From assembly GCA_051748045.1 (NCBI GenBank), contig JBNJGY010000002.1, positions 63,701 to 127,700 of the forward strand: a DNA stretch of 64,000 bases, written 5' to 3'. Both the position numbers and the translations under genes were made by a program. The notes under the pieces are model-generated. The model had not been told where the DNA came from. It saw only the letters and a list, made by a program, of their open reading frames with translations, and searched no databases. Within the stretch, counting starts at the first letter, position 1; each line of letters begins with the position of its first letter. Shown here one piece after another: positions 1-9,523 of the stretch. The stretch is from Thermotogota bacterium (GTDB lineage Bacteria > Thermotogota > Thermotogae > Petrotogales > Petrotogaceae).

Positions 1-2
1 TT

Positions 3-68
3 AATGATGGGGTGTTTGGTAGAGTAACGCTTGAATCACCAGATGATTATGAACAAATTAAAATATAG
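3..68 (+). CDS. C-terminal end of an upstream CDS truncated by the window edge (NDGVFGRVTLESPDDYEQIKI*)
   Basis: Open frame from position 3 to TAG at 66-68, overlapping the start of the next gene; product not identifiable. Confidence 0.5.
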   Translation, partial: NDGVFGRVTLESPDDYEQIKI

Positions 69-942
69 TATTTTGATATTGTTATTTTTTTCAAATATTG
101 TTTTTTCTTATAAAATATTTTCTAATGGGTTATATTTTAAAGATTTTATAGAGAATAAAATTAAATACTCTAGAGAAATAAAAATAGTTACCTATAGTAT
201 TGACGAAACAATAACGAAATCTCTTTTGAGCAAAAACCATCATATTATAGCAGATTCTTCAGGAGTGAAAACTAAAGACAAATTAAATATACAAAAAGTC
301 ACCGCCCCTAATACAGGGATACAACATGAAAAATTCTATATATTTGATGATGAATCTGTTATTTTTGGTACAGGAAATATGACATATAGTGGAATAATTG
401 GAGATAAAAATATTTTTGTTTATACTGAAGATAAAGAGATTGTTAATGTTTTTAAAAAAGAATTCTACAATTTGAGCTCAAAGAAATATAAACCTTCTTT
501 AGAGAAAAAACTAAATAATACAGAAATTGGAGATTTTTCTTTTTATTCAACTCCCAATAATAAAATATACAAAGTTATTCAAAAAGAAATTCGAAAAGCA
601 AAAAATAAAATAGATATATTTGCTTTTTCATTAACAGATCCATTTTTAGTTTATGAAATTGAAAAAGCAGCTTCTAAAGATATAGAAATTAATTTATATT
701 TTGATGATTGGAATATTTATTATTCTGAAGCAGTCAATCATTTAAAAGGAATAAATAAAGTTAGCTATGATGATCTTCATGCAAAAATTATAATTTTAGA
801 TGAAAAAAGAATAATATTAGGAAGCTATAATTTTACATACAAAGCTAGAAATACAAATTATGAACTGTTAACGATTGTAGATAATAAAGCAATAAGTGAA
901 ATTGTAAAATCTATGTTAATAGAGGAGGAAATAATAAAATGA
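49..942 (+). CDS. Phospholipase D superfamily protein (two HKD domains), probably exported nuclease/phospholipase
   Basis: HEKFYIFD...GTGN and HAKIIILD...GSYN motifs; N-terminal hydrophobic signal; start uncertain (ATG 43 or 49). Confidence 0.8.
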   Translation: MNKLKYSILILLFFSNIVFSYKIFSNGLYFKDFIENKIKYSREIKIVTYSIDETITKSLLSKNHHIIADSSGVKTKDKLNIQKVTAPNTGIQHEKFYIFDDESVIFGTGNMTYSGIIGDKNIFVYTEDKEIVNVFKKEFYNLSSKKYKPSLEKKLNNTEIGDFSFYSTPNNKIYKVIQKEIRKAKNKIDIFAFSLTDPFLVYEIEKAASKDIEINLYFDDWNIYYSEAVNHLKGINKVSYDDLHAKIIILDEKRIILGSYNFTYKARNTNYELLTIVDNKAISEIVKSMLIEEEIIK

Positions 943-2666
943 AAATGAGAATTTCTTTAGCTCAGATGAATGCGAGAGTTGGGGATTACAAATACAATTA
1001 TGATAAAATAATTTATTTTATCGAAAAAGCAATAAAAGAAAATTCGGATATTGTTTTGTTTCCTGAATTAACTCTAAACGGATATCCACCTGAGGATTTG
1101 ATTTTAAAAACTCAATTTTTAAGAGAATCAAAGGAATATACAAAGAAAATAATAAATTATTCAAGAGATAAAGACATAACAATAATCTTTGGGGCTGTTG
1201 ATTGGGATATTGAATCATATAATAGCGCTTATGTTGTTTATGATGGGAAGGTAATAACAGATTACAGAAAAATGTTTTTACCTAATTATTCAGTGTTTGA
1301 TGAAAAAAGGTATTTTACCAACGGAAAAGATGTAGAGATTTTCCAGATAGATGATGTTAAATTAGGTGTGAATATCTGTGAAGATATATGGGTTCCTAAT
1401 GGTCCTGCACTTGCTTTAGCTCAAAATGGAGTGAATGTTATATTAAATTTATCTGCATCGCCTTATCATAAAAATAAAAATATTAGCAAATTAGAAATGC
1501 TTAAAACAAGAGCATCAGAATTATCTAGTTGGCTAATATATACAAATCATGTTGGAGGGCAAGATGAAGTAGTTTTTGATGGTGGAAGTGTTATTATCAA
1601 TCCATATGGTGAGGTAAAATTAAAAGCTCCTTTGTTTGAAGAAGGTTTATATACAGCAGATATAGATCCTTATGAGACTACTAGAGCAAATTTAAGAGAA
1701 GGAAAAAGAAAACATTATAGTCACAATAATTATACAACAAATAAAATACATAAAATGGAATATAATAAAAAAAATAATAGAAGGAAAATAGAAAAAGTTG
1801 ATAATTATTGGTTTGAAGAAATAGAACAAACTTACAATGCTATAAAATTAGGGTTAACTGATTATTTACAAAAAAATAATTTTGAAAAAGTTTGTTTTGG
1901 ATTAAGTGGGGGTATTGATTCTGCATTAATTGCTGCAATTGCTTCTGATGCTTTAGGAAAAGAAAATGTTTTAGGTATAATGATGCCTTCAATGTACTCA
2001 TCCAAAGGAAGTGTAAATGATTCAATTAAATTGGCCAAAAATTACGGTTTTAAAACTGTAGAAATCCCTATTAAAGATATTTTTGATAATTTTTCATCAA
2101 ACTTAAAAAATGTAATGTCTGAAATAAAAAGCTTAACACAAGAAAACATTCAAGCAAGATTAAGAGGAACTATAGTTATGAGTTTTTCGAATAATTATGG
2201 TTATTTAGCTCTTGCAACAAGTAATAAAAGTGAATCAGCTGTGGGTTATTCTACTTTATACGGAGACATGGTTGGGGGATTTTCACCTATAAAAGATTTA
2301 TATAAAACTGAAGTATATAAAATGGCAAACTTCATAAACAAGAAAAACGGATATGATATAATTCCAAGGGAAATTATTGACAAAGCTCCATCTGCGGAAT
2401 TAAAACCAGATCAAAAAGACCAAGATAGCTTGCCTGAATATGATCTTTTAGATAGAATATTGTTTAATTACATCGATAGAGAAATGTCTTTTGATGAATT
2501 AATTGAAGATTTTGATGAACCAATAGTTAGAGAAATAATAAAAAAGGTTGATATAAATGAATTTAAAAGAAGACAGTCAGCTCCTGGAATAAAATTAACA
2601 GAAAGATCTTTTGGTAAGGATAGAAGAATGCCTATTACAAATGGGTTTAAAATTTGGATGAGATGA
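939..2666 (+). CDS. nadE: Glutamine-dependent NAD+ synthetase
   Basis: N-terminal nitrilase domain (FPEL, K..LPNY.VFDEKRYF, ICED) fused to synthetase domain (GLSGGIDS, ENIQARLR, GYSTLYGD, PSAEL). Confidence 0.95.
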   Translation: MKMRISLAQMNARVGDYKYNYDKIIYFIEKAIKENSDIVLFPELTLNGYPPEDLILKTQFLRESKEYTKKIINYSRDKDITIIFGAVDWDIESYNSAYVVYDGKVITDYRKMFLPNYSVFDEKRYFTNGKDVEIFQIDDVKLGVNICEDIWVPNGPALALAQNGVNVILNLSASPYHKNKNISKLEMLKTRASELSSWLIYTNHVGGQDEVVFDGGSVIINPYGEVKLKAPLFEEGLYTADIDPYETTRANLREGKRKHYSHNNYTTNKIHKMEYNKKNNRRKIEKVDNYWFEEIEQTYNAIKLGLTDYLQKNNFEKVCFGLSGGIDSALIAAIASDALGKENVLGIMMPSMYSSKGSVNDSIKLAKNYGFKTVEIPIKDIFDNFSSNLKNVMSEIKSLTQENIQARLRGTIVMSFSNNYGYLALATSNKSESAVGYSTLYGDMVGGFSPIKDLYKTEVYKMANFINKKNGYDIIPREIIDKAPSAELKPDQKDQDSLPEYDLLDRILFNYIDREMSFDELIEDFDEPIVREIIKKVDINEFKRRQSAPGIKLTERSFGKDRRMPITNGFKIWMR

Positions 2667-2669
2667 GGT

Positions 2670-3392
2670 ATGGCAATGGATAAAATAGATAAAAAAGAAA
2701 AATTATTTACTTTTCAAAATTTTGCTATAATATTATCATTAATGGCTTTTATATATCTTATTGCCTTTTTCTTGTGGAATACCTATGAACAAACTCTTAG
2801 AAATCAATATTATCATCCTTATATAAAAATTAACGATAGTAATTACATAAGGTTAAAAAGTACAGAGTATGAAGATAAAAATACTTCTATCTCAATTGAA
2901 AAAACAAATTTGGAATACCGATATATTTTTAAATCTGATAAAGGGCAGACAACAATAAAAACTTTTGATCCAAGATTCTATTTTTATGAAAATCAATATT
3001 TTTCAGCTTTAGGTTATCCTTCTTATGATTTTAGGGGGATGGAGTTTTCAATTTTATTTAAAGATGGTGAAGAAATAAAATATGTTGTAGTGCCTAATGA
3101 GAAAATTTTAGACGAGATTGAAGAAATAACAAATAACCTTTTAAATCAAAATATTATTTTAATTAACAAAGTTTTAAAAGAAAATAATTATGTTGAAAAT
3201 AAAGATAATATAATTAGTATAAAAAAAGGGAATATATCTTTCAATATAGAGAAAAAAGAAATAAAAAAAATTACTAGCTCAGATAATTATGATTATTTTT
3301 ATACTTTACTTGTAGATGGCTTTGAAAAGATATACATTGTTCCAAAAAATGAAAAACATAATTTGATAGAATTGATAATCATAAAAAAATAA
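2670..3392 (+). CDS. Hypothetical protein with single N-terminal transmembrane helix
   Basis: 240-aa ORF, GAGG RBS, hydrophobic segment FAIILSLMAFIYLIAFFLW. Confidence 0.7.
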   Translation: MAMDKIDKKEKLFTFQNFAIILSLMAFIYLIAFFLWNTYEQTLRNQYYHPYIKINDSNYIRLKSTEYEDKNTSISIEKTNLEYRYIFKSDKGQTTIKTFDPRFYFYENQYFSALGYPSYDFRGMEFSILFKDGEEIKYVVVPNEKILDEIEEITNNLLNQNIILINKVLKENNYVENKDNIISIKKGNISFNIEKKEIKKITSSDNYDYFYTLLVDGFEKIYIVPKNEKHNLIELIIIKK

Positions 3393-3416
3393 CTGCTTAA
3401 ACGCAGTTATTTTTTT
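3383..3416 (+). terminator. Intrinsic terminator
   Basis: AAAAAAATAACTGC-TTAAAC-GCAGTTATTTTTTT hairpin with T tail. Confidence 0.8.
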
Positions 3417-3496
3417 AATTCCTATGATTAATACAGAAATATTATGAAAATGATTAAAGGTTTAACATAAACTTGGGAAACCACAAGTATTTATGT

Positions 3497-3525
3497 TTGA
3501 ATTTAAATAATTGAAAATGTAGAAT
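3497..3525 (+). promoter_or_regulatory. Sigma70-type promoter for aminotransferase-glmL
   Basis: TTGAAT-17 nt-TAGAAT upstream of AGGAGGT RBS. Confidence 0.55.
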
Positions 3526-3572
3526 ATTATAGTGAAAAAAATTTCAAGAAAAAAATTTCAAGGAGGTATTAT

Positions 3573-4724
3573 ATGAATTTATCAGAAAAAATAAAATCCG
3601 TAGAACCATCAATAACATTAGCATTAAATGCAAAGGCAATAGAATTAGAACAAAAAGGTGAAGACATAATAAAACTAACTGCAGGAGAACCGGATTTCAA
3701 TACACCTGAAGAAATAGTAGAAGCTGCTTATACTGCATTGAAGGAAGGAAAAACAAAATATACTGCATCAAGTGGAATAATAGAATTGAGAGAAAAGATA
3801 GCAAAATATATTTCAAAAAGGACAAATAATGAATATGGACCTAAAAATGTTGTTGCAACAAACGGAGGTAAACAAGCACTTTTTAATGTACTTATGGCTA
3901 TAACTAATCCTGGAGATGAAATAATGGTTTTAGACCCATCATGGGTTAGTTATGAAGCTCAAATAAAAATGACAGGAGGAGAACCAGTTCATGTTCCACT
4001 TGATTTTGAAAATGGATTCCAACCAGATAAAAATAAAATAGAAAGATATATAACTCCAAGGACAAAAGCAATTTTAATAAATTCTCCTAACAATCCAACT
4101 GGAATGATATATAGCAAAGAAGCATTAAAAGATATCGCTGATATTGCAAAAGCAAATGAATTATTAGTTATAAGTGATGAAGTCTATGAACTTTTGGTAT
4201 ATGATGGAACACATTATTCAATCTCTTCATTTGAAGGAATGAAAGAAAGAACAGTTATAATAAATGCTTTTTCTAAAACTTGGGCTATGACAGGTTGGAG
4301 AATTGGTTATGCAGTGGGGCCCGAAGAATTAATGTCACAAATAGGCAAAATACAATCACACTCTACATCAAATGTTTCTACTCCAACTCAATATGCAGCG
4401 TTAAAAGCTTTTGATGTTGATGTTTACCCTATGTTCCAAGAGTTTAAAAAGAGAAGAGATTATGTAGCAAGTAGACTAGATAAAATGACTCTTAAATTCA
4501 ATAAGCCTAAAGGAGCTTTTTATTTCTTTATATCGGTCGATGAATTTGGTTACAATGATAAAGAATTTGCTGAAAAATTATTATCAGATGTTGGACTGGC
4601 TGTAGTACCAGGATCTGGATTTTACAAAAAAGGATTCATAAGAATTTCTTTTGCAACCTCTCAAGAAAATTTAGAAAAAGCTTTAAATAGATTAGAAAAA
4701 TTTATAGAAAAATTCAGAGGGTGA
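3573..4724 (+). CDS. aspC: Aspartate/class I-II PLP-dependent aminotransferase
   Basis: GEPDF, NSPNNPTG, DEVY, SKTWAMTGWRIG (PLP lysine), GAFY motifs. Confidence 0.9.
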   Translation: MNLSEKIKSVEPSITLALNAKAIELEQKGEDIIKLTAGEPDFNTPEEIVEAAYTALKEGKTKYTASSGIIELREKIAKYISKRTNNEYGPKNVVATNGGKQALFNVLMAITNPGDEIMVLDPSWVSYEAQIKMTGGEPVHVPLDFENGFQPDKNKIERYITPRTKAILINSPNNPTGMIYSKEALKDIADIAKANELLVISDEVYELLVYDGTHYSISSFEGMKERTVIINAFSKTWAMTGWRIGYAVGPEELMSQIGKIQSHSTSNVSTPTQYAALKAFDVDVYPMFQEFKKRRDYVASRLDKMTLKFNKPKGAFYFFISVDEFGYNDKEFAEKLLSDVGLAVVPGSGFYKKGFIRISFATSQENLEKALNRLEKFIEKFRG

Positions 4725-4729
4725 TTTAA

Positions 4730-6085
4730 TTGAAATTTGATTTACTGGTTGCTGAAATTGGAAGTACCACTACAGTTGTTACTGCTTTTGATAATATAAC
4801 AACTAAAACTCCTAAAGTTATCGGCCAAGCTGAACATTATACTACTGTAAAAGAAGGCGATGTAACTATAGGAATTTTTAATGCTATAAAAAGGTTGGAA
4901 AACAAATTAAAAGAAAAAATAAAGTGGGAAAAGTTTATAGCTAGTTCATCAGCAGCTGGTGGGTTAAAAATAACAGTACATGGTTTAGTTTATGATATGA
5001 CAGTTAGAGCTGCGAGAGAAGCTGCTTTAGGAGCTGGCGGGGTTCTGAAATATGTCACTTCAGGTAAAATGAGAAAAAGACATTTAGATAATATACAAAA
5101 ATTCGATCCTAAAATGATTCTTTTGGCTGGAGGAGTCGATTATGGAGAAGAAGATACAATACTTCATAATGCTGAACTAATATCTGATATGGATATAAAT
5201 GTTCCGATTGTGTATGCTGGTAATTCTAATGTTGCAGAAGAAGCTAAAGAAATATTAGAAGAAAAAGGAAAACAGGTAATTATTACAGAAAATGTATATC
5301 CAAAGGTAGATCAATTAAATGTACAACCTGCGAGAAGAATAATCCAAGAGTTATTCTCAAAAAATATTATTCATGCACCTGGAATGGAAAAAATATATGA
5401 TATAGTAGATGAAGAAATAATTCCAACTCCTGGATCTGTAATGTTGACCTCTGAACTTTTAGCTGAGGAATATGATGATGTATTAGTAGTAGATATTGGT
5501 GGTGCTACAACAGATGTTGATTCAGTAACTGAAGGAGAACCAGAAATACAAAAAATACTTTTATCCCCAGAACCTGTAAGCAAAAGAACGGTTGAAGGAG
5601 ATATGGGATTATTTGTAAATGCAGAAAATGTTTATGATATGTTGGATAAAAAAGAATTAGAAAATCAATTTCCAAATCATGATGAATTAATAAAAAAGAT
5701 GAATCCCTATCCTGGAAATGAAGAAATGGAAAATTTTACAGCTCATATGGCTAGAAAGTGTTTTTCTGAGTCTATTATTAGGCATTCAGGTTCCATAAAA
5801 TATTTATTTGGGCCAAATGGTAGACAAAAAATAGCCCAAGGAAAAGATTTAACAGCTATAAAATATATTTTTGGAACTGGTGGGATACTAACTCGATCAA
5901 GACATAGAGATTTTATCATGAATTCAATAAAAGAATTAGATAGACCTAATAAATTAGTTCCTGGCAAAAAAGTTAAATTAGCTTATGACAAATACTATAT
6001 ATTTGCTGCACTGGGAGTTTTATCCACAGTCGATAAACAAGCAGCAAAAAATATTTTACTTCAGGATATTGAATGGATAGACTAA
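4730..6085 (+). CDS. GlmL/MutL-like (glutamate mutase L family) ASKHA ATPase, putative B12-aminomutase reactivating factor
   Basis: AEIGSTTT, SSSAAGGL, GGVDYGE, PTPG, VDIGGATTDVDS, RTVEGDMG, GTGG motifs typical of GlmL family. Confidence 0.8.
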   Translation: MKFDLLVAEIGSTTTVVTAFDNITTKTPKVIGQAEHYTTVKEGDVTIGIFNAIKRLENKLKEKIKWEKFIASSSAAGGLKITVHGLVYDMTVRAAREAALGAGGVLKYVTSGKMRKRHLDNIQKFDPKMILLAGGVDYGEEDTILHNAELISDMDINVPIVYAGNSNVAEEAKEILEEKGKQVIITENVYPKVDQLNVQPARRIIQELFSKNIIHAPGMEKIYDIVDEEIIPTPGSVMLTSELLAEEYDDVLVVDIGGATTDVDSVTEGEPEIQKILLSPEPVSKRTVEGDMGLFVNAENVYDMLDKKELENQFPNHDELIKKMNPYPGNEEMENFTAHMARKCFSESIIRHSGSIKYLFGPNGRQKIAQGKDLTAIKYIFGTGGILTRSRHRDFIMNSIKELDRPNKLVPGKKVKLAYDKYYIFAALGVLSTVDKQAAKNILLQDIEWID

Positions 6086-6118
6086 AGAAGAAGAGGCATT
6101 CGCCTCTTCTTTTATTTT
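6084..6118. terminator. Bidirectional intrinsic terminator between convergent glmL-like and nfo
   Basis: AGAAGAGGC-ATTC-GCCTCTTCT stem flanked by A/T runs. Confidence 0.8.
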
Positions 6119-6963
6119 AATAATTCATTTAATTTTTTAATTTCATTTTTGTGAGTATCATCATCACCAGGTGTTTCCAGTATAAAAGGAATTTCTTTCA
6201 GCTTTTGATTATTTATTATATTTCTGATACCTTTTTCACCAATATAACCTTTCCCTATATTGGCGTGTCTATCTTTTCCTTCATTTAATTTTGACTTTGA
6301 ATCGTTTAAATGAATAAATTTTAAATTATTATAACCAAAATTATCATCCATTTTTTTTAAAAGAATATCTACATCTTCTTCATTTCTCAAATCATAATTA
6401 CTATCAAACCCATGACAAGTATCGTAAACAAAACTTAAGTATTCGTTATGTTTATAACTCTCGAAAATTTTTCCAATTTGTTCTAATTTATATCCAAAAT
6501 TATTTCCTTTTTCAGAAGAGTTTTCAAGGCAAATATTTAGATTCAAATCTACAGAATTATAAACTTCGTTTAATGCTTCAACAATTCTATTTAATGCATA
6601 ATCTTCGCCTTTGCCTAAATGAGAACCACAATGTATATTATAATGTTTAATTCCTAATTTTTGGACTGCATTTATTTCTTCTACCATGCTTTTAATAGAT
6701 TTTTCCCAAGTATCTTCTTTTGGTGAGGCTAAATTAATTAAATAATTAGAATGAACTAATATTTTATCCATAGATATAGAGTATCTTTTCATATTTTTTT
6801 TAAAAGTGTTTACCGTACTATTGTCAATATTTGGAGATTTCCATGTTCTTGGGGATTTAACGAAAATTTGAAAAGTATTTCCATTAATATTTGAAATTGC
6901 CTCTGGTACATTTTCAATACCATTAGATATTTTCATATGTGCTCCAAAATAAATAATCATCAT
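6112..6963 (-). CDS. nfo: Endonuclease IV (deoxyribonuclease IV)
   Basis: GAH, QIF.KSPR.W, H..YLINLAS, H.GS, LEN, DTCH, HLNDSK, DRHANIG.G, ILETP metal ligands. Confidence 0.93.
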   Translation of the reverse strand: MMIIYFGAHMKISNGIENVPEAISNINGNTFQIFVKSPRTWKSPNIDNSTVNTFKKNMKRYSISMDKILVHSNYLINLASPKEDTWEKSIKSMVEEINAVQKLGIKHYNIHCGSHLGKGEDYALNRIVEALNEVYNSVDLNLNICLENSSEKGNNFGYKLEQIGKIFESYKHNEYLSFVYDTCHGFDSNYDLRNEEDVDILLKKMDDNFGYNNLKFIHLNDSKSKLNEGKDRHANIGKGYIGEKGIRNIINNQKLKEIPFILETPGDDDTHKNEIKKLNELLK

Positions 6964-6975
6964 CTCCTTTTATAT

Positions 6976-7005
6976 AAAAAAACTCCAGTATATATACTGG
7001 AGTTT
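6976..7005 (-). terminator. Terminator of the tRNA operon
   Basis: AAACTCCAGTA-TATA-TACTGGAGTTT stem, T run on minus strand directly after tRNA-Phe. Confidence 0.8.
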
Positions 7006-7006
7006 G

Positions 7007-7082
<76 letters not shown>

Positions 7083-7095
7083 ATAAATAAAAAAA

Positions 7096-7170
7096 TGGTG
7101 GGCGCTGCAGGGATTGAACCTACGACCCTCTGCTTGTAAGGCAGATGCTCTCCCGCTGAGCTAAGCGCCC
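7096..7170 (-). tRNA. tRNA-Val (TAC)
   Basis: GGGCGCTTAGCTCAG...TCTGC-CTTACAA-GCAGA...GGTTCAATCC...GCGCCCACCA, 75 nt. Confidence 0.95.
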
Positions 7171-7182
7171 ACTTTTAAGTGG

Positions 7183-7258
7183 TGGCGCCCCCAACCAGAT
7201 TCGAACTGGTGTCTTTGGCGTGAAAGGCCAATGTCCTAGGCCTCTAGACGATGGGGGC
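7183..7258 (-). tRNA. tRNA-Glu (TTC)
   Basis: GCCCCCATCGTCTAGAGGCCTAGGACA-TTGGC-CTTTCAC-GCCAA...GTTCGAAT...GGGGGCGCCA, 76 nt. Confidence 0.95.
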
Positions 7259-7279
7259 ATCAGTTGATAACCGAAGTAA

Positions 7280-7308
7280 ATAATACCATAGATTATCTCA
7301 GCTGTCAA
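7280..7308 (-). promoter_or_regulatory. Sigma70 promoter of tRNA operon
   Basis: Minus strand TTGACA-17 nt-TATTAT with TGn extension. Confidence 0.75.
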
Positions 7309-7342
7309 GCAGTTCATATTATATTAATTAAAATAATATAAT

Positions 7343-8230
7343 TTAGTAAATTAACTCTCTAGCATTTTTTAAGTCTTTATTCATTGCTTCTATTAACTTT
7401 TTCTCATCATCAAATTTAACTTCATCTCTCATAAAATCTAAAATTTCAATTTTCACATGTTTATTATATATATCTTGATCAAAATCTAAAAAGAATACTT
7501 CAACTTTTGGGATTTTTTTATTTTCAAAATAAGTTGGTCTTACTCCAACATTCATCAATCCCCAATATTTTTTATCCATACTTTCTATTTTTCCTTTAAC
7601 TAGATAAACACCATATTTCGGGAAAATTATATCTTCTTTATATCTAATATCAATATTTGCAGTAGGGAATCCTAATTTTTTACCTATGTGTCTATCTTCA
7701 TACACAGGACCTTCTAAAGTCCAAGTTTTTTCAAGCATCTTGTTAGTAAGTTGAATATCTCCTTTTTTAATAGCGTTTCTAATCATCGTAGAACTAATTC
7801 TACTACCTTTATTTTTTAAATCGTGTAAAATATTAACATTTATCCCGTATTCATTAGCATGCTTTAATAAAAATGAAGTATTTCCGACAGCACCTCTTCC
7901 AAATTTAAAATCTTCTCCACATACAATAGATTTTACGTTTCTTTTTTTTAAAATCTCTAAATAATCATAATGAGTTATGTTCCAAACGTTCTCCATATCT
8001 ATAATTTCTACTTCTATGCCTAGTTTTTTTATAAAGTTTTTTCTTTCCCAAGAAGGATAGATTAATCCTTTAAAACCATTTACATATTGACTTATAGGGT
8101 ATCTTAACATAATAGAGAGAGGTTTTAAATTATTCTTTTTTGCATTTTCTATATTTTTATTTAGTATGTATTTATGTCCCTTGTGAACTCCATCAAAAGT
8201 TCCGACAGCTACAGAATACAATTTTTTCAC
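7343..8230 (-). CDS. ribF: Bifunctional riboflavin kinase/FAD synthetase
   Basis: GTFDGVHKGH, GEDFKFG, ISSTMIR, LGFPTAN, GVY, NVGVRPT motifs. Confidence 0.95.
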   Translation of the reverse strand: MKKLYSVAVGTFDGVHKGHKYILNKNIENAKKNNLKPLSIMLRYPISQYVNGFKGLIYPSWERKNFIKKLGIEVEIIDMENVWNITHYDYLEILKKRNVKSIVCGEDFKFGRGAVGNTSFLLKHANEYGINVNILHDLKNKGSRISSTMIRNAIKKGDIQLTNKMLEKTWTLEGPVYEDRHIGKKLGFPTANIDIRYKEDIIFPKYGVYLVKGKIESMDKKYWGLMNVGVRPTYFENKKIPKVEVFFLDFDQDIYNKHVKIEILDFMRDEVKFDDEKKLIEAMNKDLKNARELIY

Positions 8231-9162
8231 CTCTGGTTAAAAATCTTATACAGTTTTGCAACTCTTTCAAAACTCTCACTATTTTTTTTCAAAAGAGTAT
8301 TCATATATTTTGAAGTTCTTTCAGTTTTAGCAAATCCAATAAACTTATCTTCTTCATTAAAAATTTTTATAAATTCACCCTTTTTGAAGTTGTACTTTGT
8401 ATCCATTATATTATTAATATAAACATGAATTCCATTTTCAATTTTATAACCATATTTAACTTTTATTTCAGGCATTTCTAAATAATCAGTTGGATCTAAT
8501 AACTTATCATAACTAATATTTTCTGGTTTAATAGATTTTTTTAATTCGAATTTTTCAATTGCGGTTCTTTTTAGTTTTTTAGTTACAGCACCGCAGCCAA
8601 GATTATACCCTATATCCATAATTAAACTCCTTATGTAGGTTCCTGAAGAAACTTCTACATCAAATTCGAAAGTTTGGTTATCAATATTAATGTTTTCTAT
8701 TTTTTTTATATGAACTTCTTTTGGAGGTAAATTAATGATTTTACCTTGTCTTGCATATTCATACAATCTCTTACCCTTGTATCTTCTGGCGGAATATGCG
8801 GGTGGAATTTGTTGGGAATAACCTACGAAACTATTTATTGTTTTGAAAAGTAAATTTTTTTGATTTTCAGTTACAATATTTTTTTCTTTTATGGTTCCAG
8901 TCATATCGTATGTATCTGTTATGATACCAAGCTCTGCTATTACATGGTATGTTTTATATGAATTTTGAAAAAACTCAATGAATTTAGTACCTTGATTAAC
9001 TGCTAAAACCATAACTCCTTCTGCAAACGGATCTAATGTTCCTGTGTGACCTATTTTTTTTGTTTGAAGCTCTTTTCTTGCTATATCAACTAAATCATGT
9101 GATGTAATATTCTTGGGTTTCTCAATATTCAAAAAACCTGATTTATTCATCAGTTTTATCAT
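8227..9162 (-). CDS. truB: tRNA pseudouridine(55) synthase
   Basis: KP..ITSHD, GHTGTLDPFAEG, QIPPAYSA, SGTYIRSL. Confidence 0.95.
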   Translation of the reverse strand: MIKLMNKSGFLNIEKPKNITSHDLVDIARKELQTKKIGHTGTLDPFAEGVMVLAVNQGTKFIEFFQNSYKTYHVIAELGIITDTYDMTGTIKEKNIVTENQKNLLFKTINSFVGYSQQIPPAYSARRYKGKRLYEYARQGKIINLPPKEVHIKKIENINIDNQTFEFDVEVSSGTYIRSLIMDIGYNLGCGAVTKKLKRTAIEKFELKKSIKPENISYDKLLDPTDYLEMPEIKVKYGYKIENGIHVYINNIMDTKYNFKKGEFIKIFNEEDKFIGFAKTERTSKYMNTLLKKNSESFERVAKLYKIFNQR

Positions 9163-9523
9163 CCTTGTTATCCTCTTCTTGTTGACTATATTCTACTTTA
9201 TCAAGCAATTCATGTACTTTAACACTGGCTTGAAGACCTTTGTCAATATGGAACCTTACTTCAGGTACTTTAAACATTCTAATATTTTCAGCTATCACTT
9301 TTCTGAAGAAACCTTGAGCTTTATTTAATTTTTTTACAATTTTTTCAATATCTCCATCAAGAGCTGAAACATAAACATCTACATAAGATTTATCTTTTGC
9401 TAACTTAACATGATTTGTGTTAATCATATGACCACGTACTTCAGGATCTCTTAAGGAGTAATATGATTTATTGAATAATTTCATAATTTCTGATTCGATC
9501 ATTTTTTTTCTGAACTCAGACAT
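9143..9523 (-). CDS. rbfA: 30S ribosome-binding factor A
   Basis: LRDP, KDKSYVDVYVS, A.GFFR, R.FKVPEVRF.D; position upstream of truB; ATG 9523 fits GGAGGT spacing. Confidence 0.9.
   Translation of the reverse strand: MSEFRKKMIESEIMKLFNKSYYSLRDPEVRGHMINTNHVKLAKDKSYVDVYVSALDGDIEKIVKKLNKAQGFFRKVIAENIRMFKVPEVRFHIDKGLQASVKVHELLDKVEYSQQEEDNKDDKTDE

Noticed and set aside
49-942. PLD protein as an anti-phage nuclease (DISARM drmC/restriction-like)
   Set aside because: Has a signal peptide, sits in housekeeping context, and has no helicase or methylase neighbours in view
3540-3555. CodY box upstream of aspC
   Set aside because: Four mismatches to AATTTTCWGAAAATT in AT-rich DNA
7120-7317. 65-aa minus-strand ORF
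   Set aside because: Overlaps tRNA-Glu and tRNA-Val and their promoter; spurious
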